Positions 29,954 through 39,489 are shown, counted from the first letter of the stretch. The stretch: DNA of 44,616 nt from Oligoflexales bacterium (GCA_041736175.1 JBGSUI010000135.1:1-44616), one strand, 5' to 3'. Program-made: numbers and translations. Notes: generated by a model not told the origin, from the letters alone.

Positions 29954-31300
29954 ATGAGTGCCCCCCAGGCCCTAATCATGCGAACCAATAGACAAGAGGT
30001 GAGCGATCTTACAAAAAAGGCGGTCGCTTCCCTTGGCTCAGTGAAGGTTGTTGCTACAGACCGAGTTGAATCGTGTATCGATGCCTTGGTTAAGGATGCA
30101 GGGGCAATGCTGCTGGTTGACTGGTCCCTAGGATCCGCCGAGGTCAACCAAATTCTGGGCGCCATTCGCCGCCACTTTAAGGTGGAAATCCGTAGCGTCA
30201 TTTTGGTGATTGACGAAATAATACCTGAAATCGTTGCGACAGCGATCGAGTACGGAGTCTCGCAAATTCATAGTGGCCCCTTAGCGGTCGAAACCATTGC
30301 AAGCTGTTTAAAAAACCTGATGGATGAGGTGCAGCATTCTAATCCTATCCGAGATACGCTCTTGCAGGTTGCTGTAGCTCGGGAAAAAGGCAATTGGGCC
30401 TTTGTGACTCCGGTTCTCCAAAATCTTTTAGACCAAAATCCTGAAAACACCCGAGTCGTCATGGAGCTTGCTGAAAACCTGATCCATGAGAAAAACTGGG
30501 ATAGTGCCTTGAACCTTTTGGCGCCCCTAGCAAGTACAGAGATTCCCCATATAAGAGCGCTCCACTTGATGGGCAGGTGTTATCTTGGCAATGGCAATTC
30601 AGAGGAAGCCATAAAAGTTCTTTCAAAGGCCAAGCTATTAAACCCCGACCATTTGGACCGCCTTGTGGATCTGGGCCATGCTTTTATGGCAAACGATCAG
30701 CCCGAAGAAGCAAAGGCAGAATTCAATCAGGCTCTCGCGATTGATCCAGATTTTATGGATGCCCAAAAGGGCAAAGGTCAGGCGTTGCTTATGACCGGTG
30801 AAGTCAACGAAGGACTGGCACTTTTAAAGGTAGTGTCTGGAAACCGTGAGATCGCATCTATCTTTAATACAGCGGCGATCCTTTCTGTCCGTAAAGAGCG
30901 CTTTGAGAAGGGGCGGGATCTTTACATAACCGCACTGAGAGCCCTTGGTTCAGACACATCGATTGCGTCAAGGCTCTTTTACAACCTCGGCTTAGCCTAT
31001 ACGAAGTGGTCTAAACTTGAAAAAGCTCAAGCCGCATTTGATAGAAGTTACAAGTTAGATCCAACTTTTTCCAAAGTTCAAAAACATGTGGATGTTCAAA
31101 AATTGGAACGAGTGGCTCAGGAAGGATTACCCCAGCCTACTTTAGCGGTAGAAGAATTTAAAGAAGAGGAGGTTGCAAAAGTTGACGCTAAAGATTCACA
31201 AGATCCGGCCCCCATTGGTCGTAAAGAGGTGAGTGCTGATGGGATTATCACGGAAAGTACAGACGAGGATGAATGGTCGCCTATCGATCCAGCAGCTTAA
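29954..31300 (+). CDS. Receiver-like domain + TPR repeat protein
   Basis: N-terminal alpha/beta domain with LLVDW; multiple TPR motifs; acidic tail. Confidence 0.8.
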   Translation: MSAPQALIMRTNRQEVSDLTKKAVASLGSVKVVATDRVESCIDALVKDAGAMLLVDWSLGSAEVNQILGAIRRHFKVEIRSVILVIDEIIPEIVATAIEYGVSQIHSGPLAVETIASCLKNLMDEVQHSNPIRDTLLQVAVAREKGNWAFVTPVLQNLLDQNPENTRVVMELAENLIHEKNWDSALNLLAPLASTEIPHIRALHLMGRCYLGNGNSEEAIKVLSKAKLLNPDHLDRLVDLGHAFMANDQPEEAKAEFNQALAIDPDFMDAQKGKGQALLMTGEVNEGLALLKVVSGNREIASIFNTAAILSVRKERFEKGRDLYITALRALGSDTSIASRLFYNLGLAYTKWSKLEKAQAAFDRSYKLDPTFSKVQKHVDVQKLERVAQEGLPQPTLAVEEFKEEEVAKVDAKDSQDPAPIGRKEVSADGIITESTDEDEWSPIDPAA

Positions 31301-31423
31301 AACGGATCTTTCCCATAAAAATATGGGGAACAAGCGACTTTCTTTATGTTATGATGAACTCGCAATTTAGGTTGACTCAATTATTCAATCACCACCAAAA
31401 AAACCGAGGGGCCACGGCGCAAG

Positions 31424-33928
31424 ATGAACTCAATAGAGGTGCGCCTGATGGGAAATAGGGCTGGCGTCATGATTATTGGATGTTTTTTTGCTCTGCTAAT
31501 GGGATCTATGCTGTCGCAAGCTACGCCCCTACCCGAAACATTTCCACTTGTAGAAGTTGGCGACGGGGAAGCGGCTCCGCCGGTCATCGATCCAAATCTT
31601 GAAGCTTGGCTCAAAGTCCACGGCGAGAAACCGTCACCTTTTGAGCTGGAATCAGCGGCCTTTGAAAGCTTTGCAGAAAAACAAGATCCTGTCTCCAAAC
31701 TCTTTCTTAAGATCGAACGACAAATCCGCACAGGTAGTAAAGAGCCGATCAGACCTCTAGTTGACCAAGTTTTTAGAATGATAAAAGAGGACACCACCTC
31801 ATCTAAACAGGAAATTCTCACTCATCCAATGCTAGCTTTTGTCTATCTTGCATTGATCGAATCAAAGGTGTTGTCGGCAGAAGAAAAAACAAAGGTGGAA
31901 CAAGATCTCCAAAAGGTTGGATCTCGAACATGTCCACTCAAGGAGGTTTTTTTAGGACAGCTTAGTCGAGAATCTTTGACCCGTATGGATGACGAGTCTC
32001 TTAAAGCGACCTATAACAAGTTAGAAAGTTTTCGATCGCTTAGTTTTCGGAAACAAGCTCTTGGTCGTTTTGTGATGGCTCTTCCAGCGCAAAAGTTAGC
32101 CTTGCTTGGAGACGCTCTCCATAAAGCGGTAGAACCTTTTCCAGGATTGATCCAAAGCCACCCGTATCTTAAAGCGACTTTTGAAAAGATGGCAACGGCA
32201 GAACTACCGACGATGATTCCTGAGTTTCAAAAAGCCAAAGCACTGGCTGCAAAGAAACAATGTGGACCGGCTAAAGATCTATTTTTGCAGTATTTAAAGA
32301 GTGTTGAAACTGATCAGGGAGGTGGACCCTCAGATGCTATTAATACCGGCGAGCTTTCTGCGTCAGACCTAGAAATCCTTGAAAAGACTGTCAATGCAGC
32401 AAAAGCTATCGATGGGTGTCTCAAACAAAAGAACAAAAGCCAACGGGCAGATTTCTGGCGAGGTCTGGTTCAGATCATGGAAGAATCCTATGGTTTCGCT
32501 GGATGGACGGAAGCAAAGCTGCGACTGGCCTATATTGCATGGTCTGAAAGCGACTATGCCGAAGCAAAGCCGCTTTTCAACGAAATCAAGCAAAAGGTAG
32601 AAGCCAGTGGTTCTACTTTAAAGCCCGATATCAAACAGAAATATATTGCAAAGGCGGTTTTCTCCCTTGCCAGAATCGCCGAAAGTGAGCTGAATCCACC
32701 TCTAGCCGCTAAACTCTATGAAGAGTATCTAAAAAAATATAGCAAACAAGAAAATTTTGAAGAAGCCTTGATGTCAATGGTTCTTACGCTCGTAGATGAA
32801 AATCAATGGAGCAAGGGCCTGAAAATCCTTGATGAGCTGATAAAGTCTCAGTCGCTAATCCCCGTTGACGGACGATCCACCACAGCGATGTCCTTTGCGC
32901 TTTTTTGGGATGGACGGATTAATCTCCAATTAGGTCGGCTTAAAGCCGCCGAAAAAGCTTGGGTTCGTCTAGCCAGTGAGTACTATTCAACTTACTATGG
33001 TGCCTTAGGCCATTACTTACTTGAGCAGATGTCGGGTAAACATCTTGTGCTCCAGCCGGCCAGAACGGCTCCTTTTAGAATGCATAATTTTCGCGAGGCT
33101 TTCCCACCCGAAGAAAGAATGCAAATCCGTCGGGCAGAAGCGTTGATGCGGCTTGGACTTAAAAAAGAAGCCATCTGTGAGCTAGAGGAACTCGACGGCG
33201 CCGAAGGTAAACCAGAAAGACTGCTCCTCAAAGCTTTGATGCTCCATGCGTCCGGGCAGTGGCTGGAGGCCGTAAAAGCCTATGACGGTCTTCCCAGGAG
33301 TTTCCGCCACCGGTTACCAGTAGGATTTGAGCGGATTTTATTTCCCCGCCGGTTTAATGAAGACGTCAAAAAGCTTGCAGAAAAAGCTGAAGTTGATCCA
33401 GAGCTTGTTTTTGCCATTATGCGACAGGAAAGTGTGTTTAATCCCACAGCTAGGTCGACAGCAGGAGCTTTAGGGCTTATGCAGCTTATGCCGGCAACGG
33501 CCTCTATGGAAGCCTCCCGCCTAGACTCTTCCTATGTGAGCTCCGATGAAAAGCGGCAGATTAGGCAATCCCTTGGAAGCCCTGTCTCCTTGTTTGACCC
33601 CCGGACCAATCTTACCATTGGGATCCACCATGTGAGATCGCTTTTATCCATCTACAATAGTCCTGTTTATGTGCTCTCGGCCTATAATGCCAGTCCCGCC
33701 GCGGCCCGCCGCTGGCTTACGACCATTCCGACCAAGGATGTGCTCGTGTTTATCGAAAAGATTCCCTATAAAGAAACCCGAGCCTATGTACGCCTTGTCC
33801 TCAGAAACTACTTCTACTACAAGAGATTTTACGGGACTGCGGGAGATCCCATGAAACATCTGGATATCGTCGCTGGGCACCTTATCGCAAAAATCAAAGA
33901 TATCAACTCGAGCGCGACCAACCATTAG
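31424..33928 (+). CDS. Soluble lytic transglycosylase (Slt-like, TPR superhelix)
   Basis: Signal peptide; AIMRQESVF, GLMQLMPATA, AYNA, IPYKETRAYV. Confidence 0.92.
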   Translation: MNSIEVRLMGNRAGVMIIGCFFALLMGSMLSQATPLPETFPLVEVGDGEAAPPVIDPNLEAWLKVHGEKPSPFELESAAFESFAEKQDPVSKLFLKIERQIRTGSKEPIRPLVDQVFRMIKEDTTSSKQEILTHPMLAFVYLALIESKVLSAEEKTKVEQDLQKVGSRTCPLKEVFLGQLSRESLTRMDDESLKATYNKLESFRSLSFRKQALGRFVMALPAQKLALLGDALHKAVEPFPGLIQSHPYLKATFEKMATAELPTMIPEFQKAKALAAKKQCGPAKDLFLQYLKSVETDQGGGPSDAINTGELSASDLEILEKTVNAAKAIDGCLKQKNKSQRADFWRGLVQIMEESYGFAGWTEAKLRLAYIAWSESDYAEAKPLFNEIKQKVEASGSTLKPDIKQKYIAKAVFSLARIAESELNPPLAAKLYEEYLKKYSKQENFEEALMSMVLTLVDENQWSKGLKILDELIKSQSLIPVDGRSTTAMSFALFWDGRINLQLGRLKAAEKAWVRLASEYYSTYYGALGHYLLEQMSGKHLVLQPARTAPFRMHNFREAFPPEERMQIRRAEALMRLGLKKEAICELEELDGAEGKPERLLLKALMLHASGQWLEAVKAYDGLPRSFRHRLPVGFERILFPRRFNEDVKKLAEKAEVDPELVFAIMRQESVFNPTARSTAGALGLMQLMPATASMEASRLDSSYVSSDEKRQIRQSLGSPVSLFDPRTNLTIGIHHVRSLLSIYNSPVYVLSAYNASPAAARRWLTTIPTKDVLVFIEKIPYKETRAYVRLVLRNYFYYKRFYGTAGDPMKHLDIVAGHLIAKIKDINSSATNH

Positions 33929-33944
33929 GTTGTCGGTAGCGCGA

Positions 33945-35834
33945 TCACAGGGTTTTTAAATACTCTAGGAGCGCTTCCAGCTTTGCTGGTTCTTTTCGAA
34001 AGTCAATTCCGCCTTGAAATATCACTTTATCGGAATGGCCTTGGTGGCCCAGTCCTGGGATTTTGGTATCGTTCGAAACAACCCGACTCGCTGCGGATTG
34101 ACCCTGATTGGGGGAGTTTTGTGCGGGTTCAGATTTTGAATTTTGGAGTTTCCAGGAAAAGCCGACCTGCTTTTCATCGTAGGTAAACCGATTGAGTTGA
34201 AACACGTCGGGTCTCTCTTCAGGAACCAAAACGTGATAGAGCGTCGGCACTGACCCGTTATGGAAGTAGGGCGCTCGCGCCCAAATCCCTTCCAGTGGGA
34301 CTGAGATATACCCTGGCTGCTCGAAACGTGGGACTACGATTTCATTTTCCGGAGCATTGCAATCAGCGACGGTCTTGTCGCTGCATGCGGCTTGCAAAGC
34401 TTTGACCAATAGGGTCCTTGTGTCTTTGGTTATTCCAAGAGCCCTTCCGGGGTCGGTCCCGGTCTGAGGTAGGGGGACTAGTTTTTCAGAATCATGGCAT
34501 CCAGCACAAGAGCTGGCATAGATGGCGCGCCCCTGTGCTGCTTTTGCTAGGTTCACTTTAAAGGGGTAGGGAGGCGACGGCAAGCCTTCGACAAAATCAG
34601 TGGTCAGAGGTCCATTGGTAAAGTTTACCGCTGCTGGGTCGCCTGCGATCCCCAGCTCTGCTCCTAAATTGCGAGTGAGTTTGGTCTTTAGATTGCCGTC
34701 CCACTGGGCATAAACTCGCTTGTCTTGACGCCAAACACTCATAATGTCGCCGATCCCAGGAGCCGTTGCAAAGTATTTTTGGAGGGCCGCTGCTGGATCT
34801 GCTTGCACCTCAGATACGGGAGCAAGGGCGAGGGTGACCGCGATCGGAAAATCTATCCGACCAGGAAGATGGCCAAGAGTTCGGAGGTCGTTTTTAAGGG
34901 TGTAAGCTCCGACAGTTTGTGCCGCATATTCCCTGCGTTTGAAAAGGCCCTCTTTAAATTGTTGTAATACCACGGCCCCTAAAGCTGGAGACTGAGTGGT
35001 CCCCAGAAAAATCGCTTTATCGATCGTCTCTTCCGCAATGCGATCTTTCCCGTAGAGTTCGCCGGGTTTTTTTGCAGCAAGGGCAGACGTAAATCTTTCC
35101 AGCGTATAAAGCGGGCTTTCGACTGCCGAAGTGAGGAGTGAGCGGTAGCCATTAATATCGGCAATCCTGCTTGGAGCGCCAATTAACATGTGGGTCTTGC
35201 CACTAGAGTCTTGGACCTTGCCTGTATGGCAGGCTGCACAGGTCAGAGTTACCAGCAGGGGTGATGGTTTGGACCCCGGTGTGGCAGGAGGTTTTGTGTA
35301 GGCAAATCCATAGGGCAGAGAGTCCTTGGGCTCGACAAAAAAGTAGCCCGTTGCGGCTTCAAATGGCTCCCTCGAAAAAACCTCGGGGGTCACCTCGGGC
35401 AACAGGCGAAAGATCACTGCAGGGGTCCCATTGTAGGTGACCGGGTTTTTGGTAAAGGCATCAAAACCCTGTTTATGGCTCTCAAGATAGGCTTTGAGTG
35501 CTGACTCTCTTTTGGCCTTTAGGTACTCCCACAAATTGCCGTTTCCCAGAGACTCTGGAGTTTTGAGTTCTGGGGGGATATCGTCCGTGAGACCGTTGTC
35601 TTTTAGCATCTGGTCAAGCGCACTTTTTGACGGTGCCGATATGGGAGATTCCTGCTGGTCTGTAGAGGGAGACTCCTTTGACGTGGGATCTGCCGCGGTT
35701 TGTTCATTGTCTTGCGCCGCTGGTAGATCGCTTCTATTATTTTTGGTTATTGGATCGCTGATTTGACAGCCAGGGAACGTACTAAAACCACAAAACAGGA
35801 TTTTGGCTTTTATAATTAATCTCAACCGCATCAT
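33945..35834 (-). CDS. Di-haem c-type cytochrome lipoprotein, RoxA-like
   Basis: Putative lipobox FPGC; CAACH and CAGCH haem motifs; GTDPGR; LEGIWARAPYFHNGSVPTL; LLEYLKTL. Confidence 0.82.
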   Translation of the reverse strand: MMRLRLIIKAKILFCGFSTFPGCQISDPITKNNRSDLPAAQDNEQTAADPTSKESPSTDQQESPISAPSKSALDQMLKDNGLTDDIPPELKTPESLGNGNLWEYLKAKRESALKAYLESHKQGFDAFTKNPVTYNGTPAVIFRLLPEVTPEVFSREPFEAATGYFFVEPKDSLPYGFAYTKPPATPGSKPSPLLVTLTCAACHTGKVQDSSGKTHMLIGAPSRIADINGYRSLLTSAVESPLYTLERFTSALAAKKPGELYGKDRIAEETIDKAIFLGTTQSPALGAVVLQQFKEGLFKRREYAAQTVGAYTLKNDLRTLGHLPGRIDFPIAVTLALAPVSEVQADPAAALQKYFATAPGIGDIMSVWRQDKRVYAQWDGNLKTKLTRNLGAELGIAGDPAAVNFTNGPLTTDFVEGLPSPPYPFKVNLAKAAQGRAIYASSCAGCHDSEKLVPLPQTGTDPGRALGITKDTRTLLVKALQAACSDKTVADCNAPENEIVVPRFEQPGYISVPLEGIWARAPYFHNGSVPTLYHVLVPEERPDVFQLNRFTYDEKQVGFSWKLQNSKSEPAQNSPNQGQSAASRVVSNDTKIPGLGHQGHSDKVIFQGGIDFRKEPAKLEALLEYLKTL

Positions 35835-36244
35835 CGACTCCTAAAGGGGAAAACAATCAGAGGACCGCCCAAATGACCCTCTGCAAAAGCTATTCCCTTT
35901 TTTGAGACTTGCAGTGGGGACCTCAGTTCTTGGTCTTTGTAACTATGAATTACAGATATATTGCCGCGGCAGATGTGTGCAACGAATGGACAGGGATTTC
36001 TAAGGTGGGGATGATGATACAAACAAATATGATGTGCGTTAGTTTGATTGAAAACTGGTAGATATTTCATAATCCAAGGTCAAATATCTCTTTTTTTGAC
36101 TAATCTTGGATGTGTTGATAAAAATTTCCACACGACATTATCACTAGGATATTTTTCCATTGATTGCAATCCTCGAAATCTGCCTTGGTCCAGATTCACC
36201 GATATTGTTGCCTTTTTGGATGGCTTTGTTTAACACTTTGTCGC

Positions 36245-36271
36245 AAAGCTTTCAAAGCGTTGAAAGACTTT
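36245..36271. promoter_or_regulatory. Inverted repeat, candidate enhancer (UAS) for the sigma54 promoter
   Basis: AAAG-CTTTCAA-agcg-TTGAAAG-a-CTTT, ~110-140 nt upstream of the predicted TSS. Confidence 0.35.
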
Positions 36272-36323
36272 ACAAAGGGCACCGTGATAACTTTAGAAAA
36301 TCTAAAATAGTCAATAATTGAGT

Positions 36324-36349
36324 GTTGTTAAAATAGGCAATTTAACAAC
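36324..36349. promoter_or_regulatory. Perfect 9-bp inverted repeat abutting the sigma54 promoter
   Basis: GTTGTTAAA-N8-TTTAACAAC. Confidence 0.45.
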
Positions 36350-36355
36350 CAGTCA

Positions 36356-36372
36356 TTGGCACGCAATCTGCA
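36356..36372 (+). promoter_or_regulatory. Sigma54 (-24/-12) promoter
   Basis: TTGGCACGCAATCTGCA: consensus TGGCACG, GG-N10-GC. Confidence 0.75.
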
Positions 36373-36382
36373 ATATATCTAT

Positions 36383-36480
36383 TAGCGTGAGTTCCTCCTT
36401 CTGTTAAGCTAAGTCCTTTATTGCATTCTTATTCCTCTTTATTTATCAGGATGTTATCAGGTATCCTTGCCTCAATTTCT
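36383..36480 (+). ncRNA. Candidate sigma54-dependent small RNA
   Basis: No credible ORF downstream of the promoter; anti-SD TTCCTCCTTCT inside a TTAGC/GCTAA stem; second hairpin AGGATG...TATCCT; 3' end uncertain. Confidence 0.4.
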
Positions 36481-36583
36481 TGTAAAATGTGGTGCGTATT
36501 GGTGCATGGCTGTAACGCTTCAAAATTCCAAGCGGTTAGCAGGTTATGACTTGCTCCCCACTTGCGGATGCCTTTTTGCCATG

Positions 36584-38086
36584 TCACGGCCGGGAACGCG
36601 AGCCCTTTTTGCCGTCTTTCTTTCCCCCAGCCCCACCGACCTTCGCCAAGACTTCGTCAGGATTTTCTGCGCGTTCTGATGTTTTCATTTCCGACTCGCC
36701 ATTTTGCTGATCCGGGTTGGATGCGTCGCTCTTTTTTTCGCCTACCTTTCTTCCCTTCCGACTTGGCCTTAAGGTGACGACCTCGCTTCCCCCTTTATCC
36801 TCGGACAACCAACGGGCCGCCGCGCCGCCCGCCAAAATATTTGTGGATGGTACGCTGCCAATTCCGAACTTCTGAATGTAGCCGTCGGTGGTTTCGGAAT
36901 GCACGTGACCCAAAATATCCATAAGCATCTTAAGGCTGACGCCCGGTTTGTTTGCCATGGTCGAAGTAAACGTGTGCCTGATTTCGTGGGGAGTGATGCG
37001 GGGCAGACCCGAAAGTCTCACCACTTTTTCGAGCTGATAGGAAAATGATGGGTAGGAGAGATTGAAAATAAGTTTACCCGGTCCGATCGATCTTTTTTCC
37101 GCCAAAGTATCCCACACAAACGGCGGCAGAGTGATGCGGCGGATTTTTCCGGTCTTGGTTTTTCCCTTAGGACCTTTTAGAACGCGACTCCAAGTGTCCT
37201 TGATGGTCAAGATTTGGTTATCGAAATCAAGTGCGTCGCGCTTAATGGCACAAACTTCACCCGGCCTTGCACCTGAAAATAAATCCACCACAAAGGCCAG
37301 AAATGCGTCCCTTTTCGCATGTTCCCGCGCCGTCTCCAAGAAAATCCGCTGCTGCATCTCATCCCACACGGTGATGTCTCTTTCGTCGAGAGTCTTTAAA
37401 CGGGGCTTTTTCACGAAGGTTACAGGGTTGCCTCGCACGATGCCGGCGACCGTGACTCCGTAAGTAAAGACCTTGGAAACCGTGGAGAGAACGTTTCTTA
37501 TGGTCTGGGCGGCATAGCCCTCCCTAACCATGGATTCTTTAATGGTCTCGACATCTTTGTGATCGATCTCAGCCATTCTATAATCGCCGATTTTCGGGTA
37601 AATATGGTACTTCAGACTCGCGGCCGTCGCCTGCACGGTCTCCGGTTCGCTCTCGTGCCGGTGCACGCCTTCAAGCCAGCGCCCGGCGAAGTCCCGGAAA
37701 ACAGGGCTTTCGGAACGGTCGCTCACCAATTCGATCCCGTCGTATTTCTTCACCCGAATTTTGGCAAGGTATTCGTCCAACAGCTCCTGAGAGGCGAAGT
37801 CACGATTAAGCCTCACTTTCCTACCGTCCGCGCGGGTGATCGTCGGTTGGTATCTAAACCTGGTTTTTTTGTCCTTCCCCGACACGCCTTTGGCGCGCTT
37901 ACTCATTCCTGATTTACGCTCTGCTTTTGACTCTACAATCGACGTCGGCGTCTCGATGGGGCGAGCTGGAGGACCTGCAAAAGGCTCGGCGGGCGTCTTG
38001 GGAACCGGATTACTCGGGGTTTTTTGATCTTTTGATCGTGTCACGTTGGTTCCTCGGGTCATGGGCCGGTGCGACGAATTGTCCAC
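36584..38086 (-). CDS. Tyrosine recombinase/integrase
   Basis: SGARPGE (R), KTKTGK (K), PHEIRH (HxxR), ILGH, TTDGY (Y); SAM-like core-binding domain; true start may be further downstream (e.g. ATG 38062 or 37906). Confidence 0.95.
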   Translation of the reverse strand: MDNSSHRPMTRGTNVTRSKDQKTPSNPVPKTPAEPFAGPPARPIETPTSIVESKAERKSGMSKRAKGVSGKDKKTRFRYQPTITRADGRKVRLNRDFASQELLDEYLAKIRVKKYDGIELVSDRSESPVFRDFAGRWLEGVHRHESEPETVQATAASLKYHIYPKIGDYRMAEIDHKDVETIKESMVREGYAAQTIRNVLSTVSKVFTYGVTVAGIVRGNPVTFVKKPRLKTLDERDITVWDEMQQRIFLETAREHAKRDAFLAFVVDLFSGARPGEVCAIKRDALDFDNQILTIKDTWSRVLKGPKGKTKTGKIRRITLPPFVWDTLAEKRSIGPGKLIFNLSYPSFSYQLEKVVRLSGLPRITPHEIRHTFTSTMANKPGVSLKMLMDILGHVHSETTDGYIQKFGIGSVPSTNILAGGAAARWLSEDKGGSEVVTLRPSRKGRKVGEKKSDASNPDQQNGESEMKTSERAENPDEVLAKVGGAGGKKDGKKGSRSRP

Positions 38087-38133
38087 TGTGTCTGGAGGGG
38101 GCGTTTGAAAAGCGAGGTTGCCCGAGCCTTTTT

Positions 38134-38400
38134 CTAGTTTTTTTTTAGGAATTCAAGAACTTCTCGCACAGCAAAACGCACGTTTTTGCCTATTCGGTAG
38201 TGAGGGATTTCGTCCGAATCCAGGTTCTTATATATCCACGATTTAGACACGCCAAGTATTTTCGCTAGTTCCTCTGCTGAAACCAGGCGATTCTCCATAC
38301 CTTCAAGCGAAACCACGGTGGGTTTTGCCTCGTCCTCTGGATCTGAGACCCCGTCAGTTTGATTCGCTAAGGCGATTTTTTTCTCTCCGTACCCAGACAT
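38134..38400 (-). CDS. Excisionase-family HTH DNA-binding protein
   Basis: AGGAG RBS; LVSAEELAKILGVSKSWIYK...IPHYRIGKNVRF; immediately upstream of int. Confidence 0.88.
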   Translation of the reverse strand: MSGYGEKKIALANQTDGVSDPEDEAKPTVVSLEGMENRLVSAEELAKILGVSKSWIYKNLDSDEIPHYRIGKNVRFAVREVLEFLKKN

Positions 38401-38532
38401 TCGCCGATCTCCTAAGTAACTTGGCATTCCCTCCTATTGATCGGACGAAATCTGGGCTGCCTTTAGACGACCCTCCGGCGACGCTCCTAGTAATCGAAGG
38501 ATTGCACGTGATAGAGCAAAACAATGTATTGA

Positions 38533-38561
38533 TTGACAATAGTGCACAAATCATGTACATT
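38533..38561 (+). promoter_or_regulatory. Sigma70-type promoter for the repeat-protein gene
   Basis: TTGACA-17 nt-TACATT. Confidence 0.6.
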
Positions 38562-38661
38562 TCCAAGAATGCGTGCGGCCCGAGCATACGGTCCACACGC
38601 GACTTATATGGGACCACTCATAGCCCTACCGTTAAACCACATTTTGAGACTCTAAGCAAAA

Positions 38662-39486
38662 ATGATCACGAGAGAAGAGTGCCTAACCTCGGCACGACTA
38701 TTCAAAAAACCCAACGAATGGAAAAGCTCCGAACCCAGGACCTACAATGCTGCCTTCAGAAACGGTTGGCTAGCCGAGCTAACCTCGCATATGGTTAGGT
38801 CTCCAAGAATCCTCCCGCACATTGATGGGACGCTGCCAGTATCTCCACTCACCCATTCCTTGGTTGACACAAGAGAGAGAGGAGAAAAATGGTCGCCCTC
38901 GGCATGTATAGAAGAGGCCGCTAAATTTGAGACGTTCGCCGAGTGGCAGAAAAGTTCGACATCGTCTGTGGCCGCCGCCAGACGCCTTGGTATCCTGACC
39001 CGGTGCCGGGCTCACATGCATACGGGGAGACAAAACCCCGTCTCAAAGGCCGAGTGCATCAAGGACGCCGCCCGCCACCAAACAAGGACGAGTTGGTCCG
39101 CATCCGGCGGCAGGAGTCGAGTCCTTTACGAGACGGCGAGGCAAAAAGGCTGGCTCGACGAATGCTGCCGGCACATGAAGGACGGGCGAAGGCCGACCGT
39201 GGGCCTGGACGAATGCCTGCAGGAAGCCAGAAAGCACCAGACCCCCGGAGCCTGGAAGAAGGCCGACTGGCGAACCTACAACGCGGCGTGCCGCAACTCG
39301 GAACTCGGGTGGAAGAAGCTCTGTGATGAGGCCATCCATGCCAAGGCGGCGGGAACAGCCACCCGGGCCGGGGCATCTGCGGGGAACCGTCGGAAAACGG
39401 GCGGTGTCAAAAAAAGCAGATCGAGCGAGCGAACGAAGGACTCGGGAAGGTCGAAACAAAGCTCACCACCATCGCCCAGAAGTTAG
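38662..39486 (+). CDS. Protein with four ~44-aa helical repeats (probable DNA-binding) and a basic tail
   Basis: Approximate repeat consensus x(E)CxxxAxx(F/H)xxxxxWxxx...YxAAxxxGWLxxxxxHM, seen four times. Confidence 0.8.
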   Translation: MITREECLTSARLFKKPNEWKSSEPRTYNAAFRNGWLAELTSHMVRSPRILPHIDGTLPVSPLTHSLVDTRERGEKWSPSACIEEAAKFETFAEWQKSSTSSVAAARRLGILTRCRAHMHTGRQNPVSKAECIKDAARHQTRTSWSASGGRSRVLYETARQKGWLDECCRHMKDGRRPTVGLDECLQEARKHQTPGAWKKADWRTYNAACRNSELGWKKLCDEAIHAKAAGTATRAGASAGNRRKTGGVKKSRSSERTKDSGRSKQSSPPSPRS

Positions 39487-39489
39487 GGG
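39106..39489 (+). repeat. Diverged direct repeat, copy 1 (3' half of the repeat-protein gene)
   Basis: Aligns to 42017-42412; shared blocks TACGAGACGGC, GGCTGGCTCGACGAATGCTG, CGGAGCCTGGAAGAAGGCCGACTGGCG, AGCGAGCGAACGAAGGACTCGGG, TTAGGGG. Confidence 0.92.

Noticed and set aside
35882..35899. Minus-strand GGGAATAGCTTTTGCA as a sigma54 promoter for the cytochrome gene
   Set aside because: Spacing fits but the -24 element matches TGGCAC poorly; too weak to call
35831..36233. Short ORFs (79 aa, 61 aa) in the intergenic region
   Set aside because: No RBS or motifs; AT-rich regulatory-looking DNA
36385..36405. Strong AGAAGGAGG Shine-Dalgarno on the minus strand
   Set aside because: No start codon at a usable distance and a stop follows; better explained as an anti-SD on the plus strand
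36485..36530. TGGTGCG read as the reverse complement of a tRNA CCA end
   Set aside because: No T-loop (TTCGA) or cloverleaf at the required spacing
38325..38798. 157-aa ORF spanning the xis/repeat-gene gap
   Set aside because: Overlaps both better-supported genes and the predicted promoter; no motif
38943..39459. Alternative-frame ORFs overlapping the repeat gene, echoed at 42030-42503
   Set aside because: Shadow ORFs of GC-rich coding DNA; their similarity comes from the duplication, and synonymous changes favour the annotated frame
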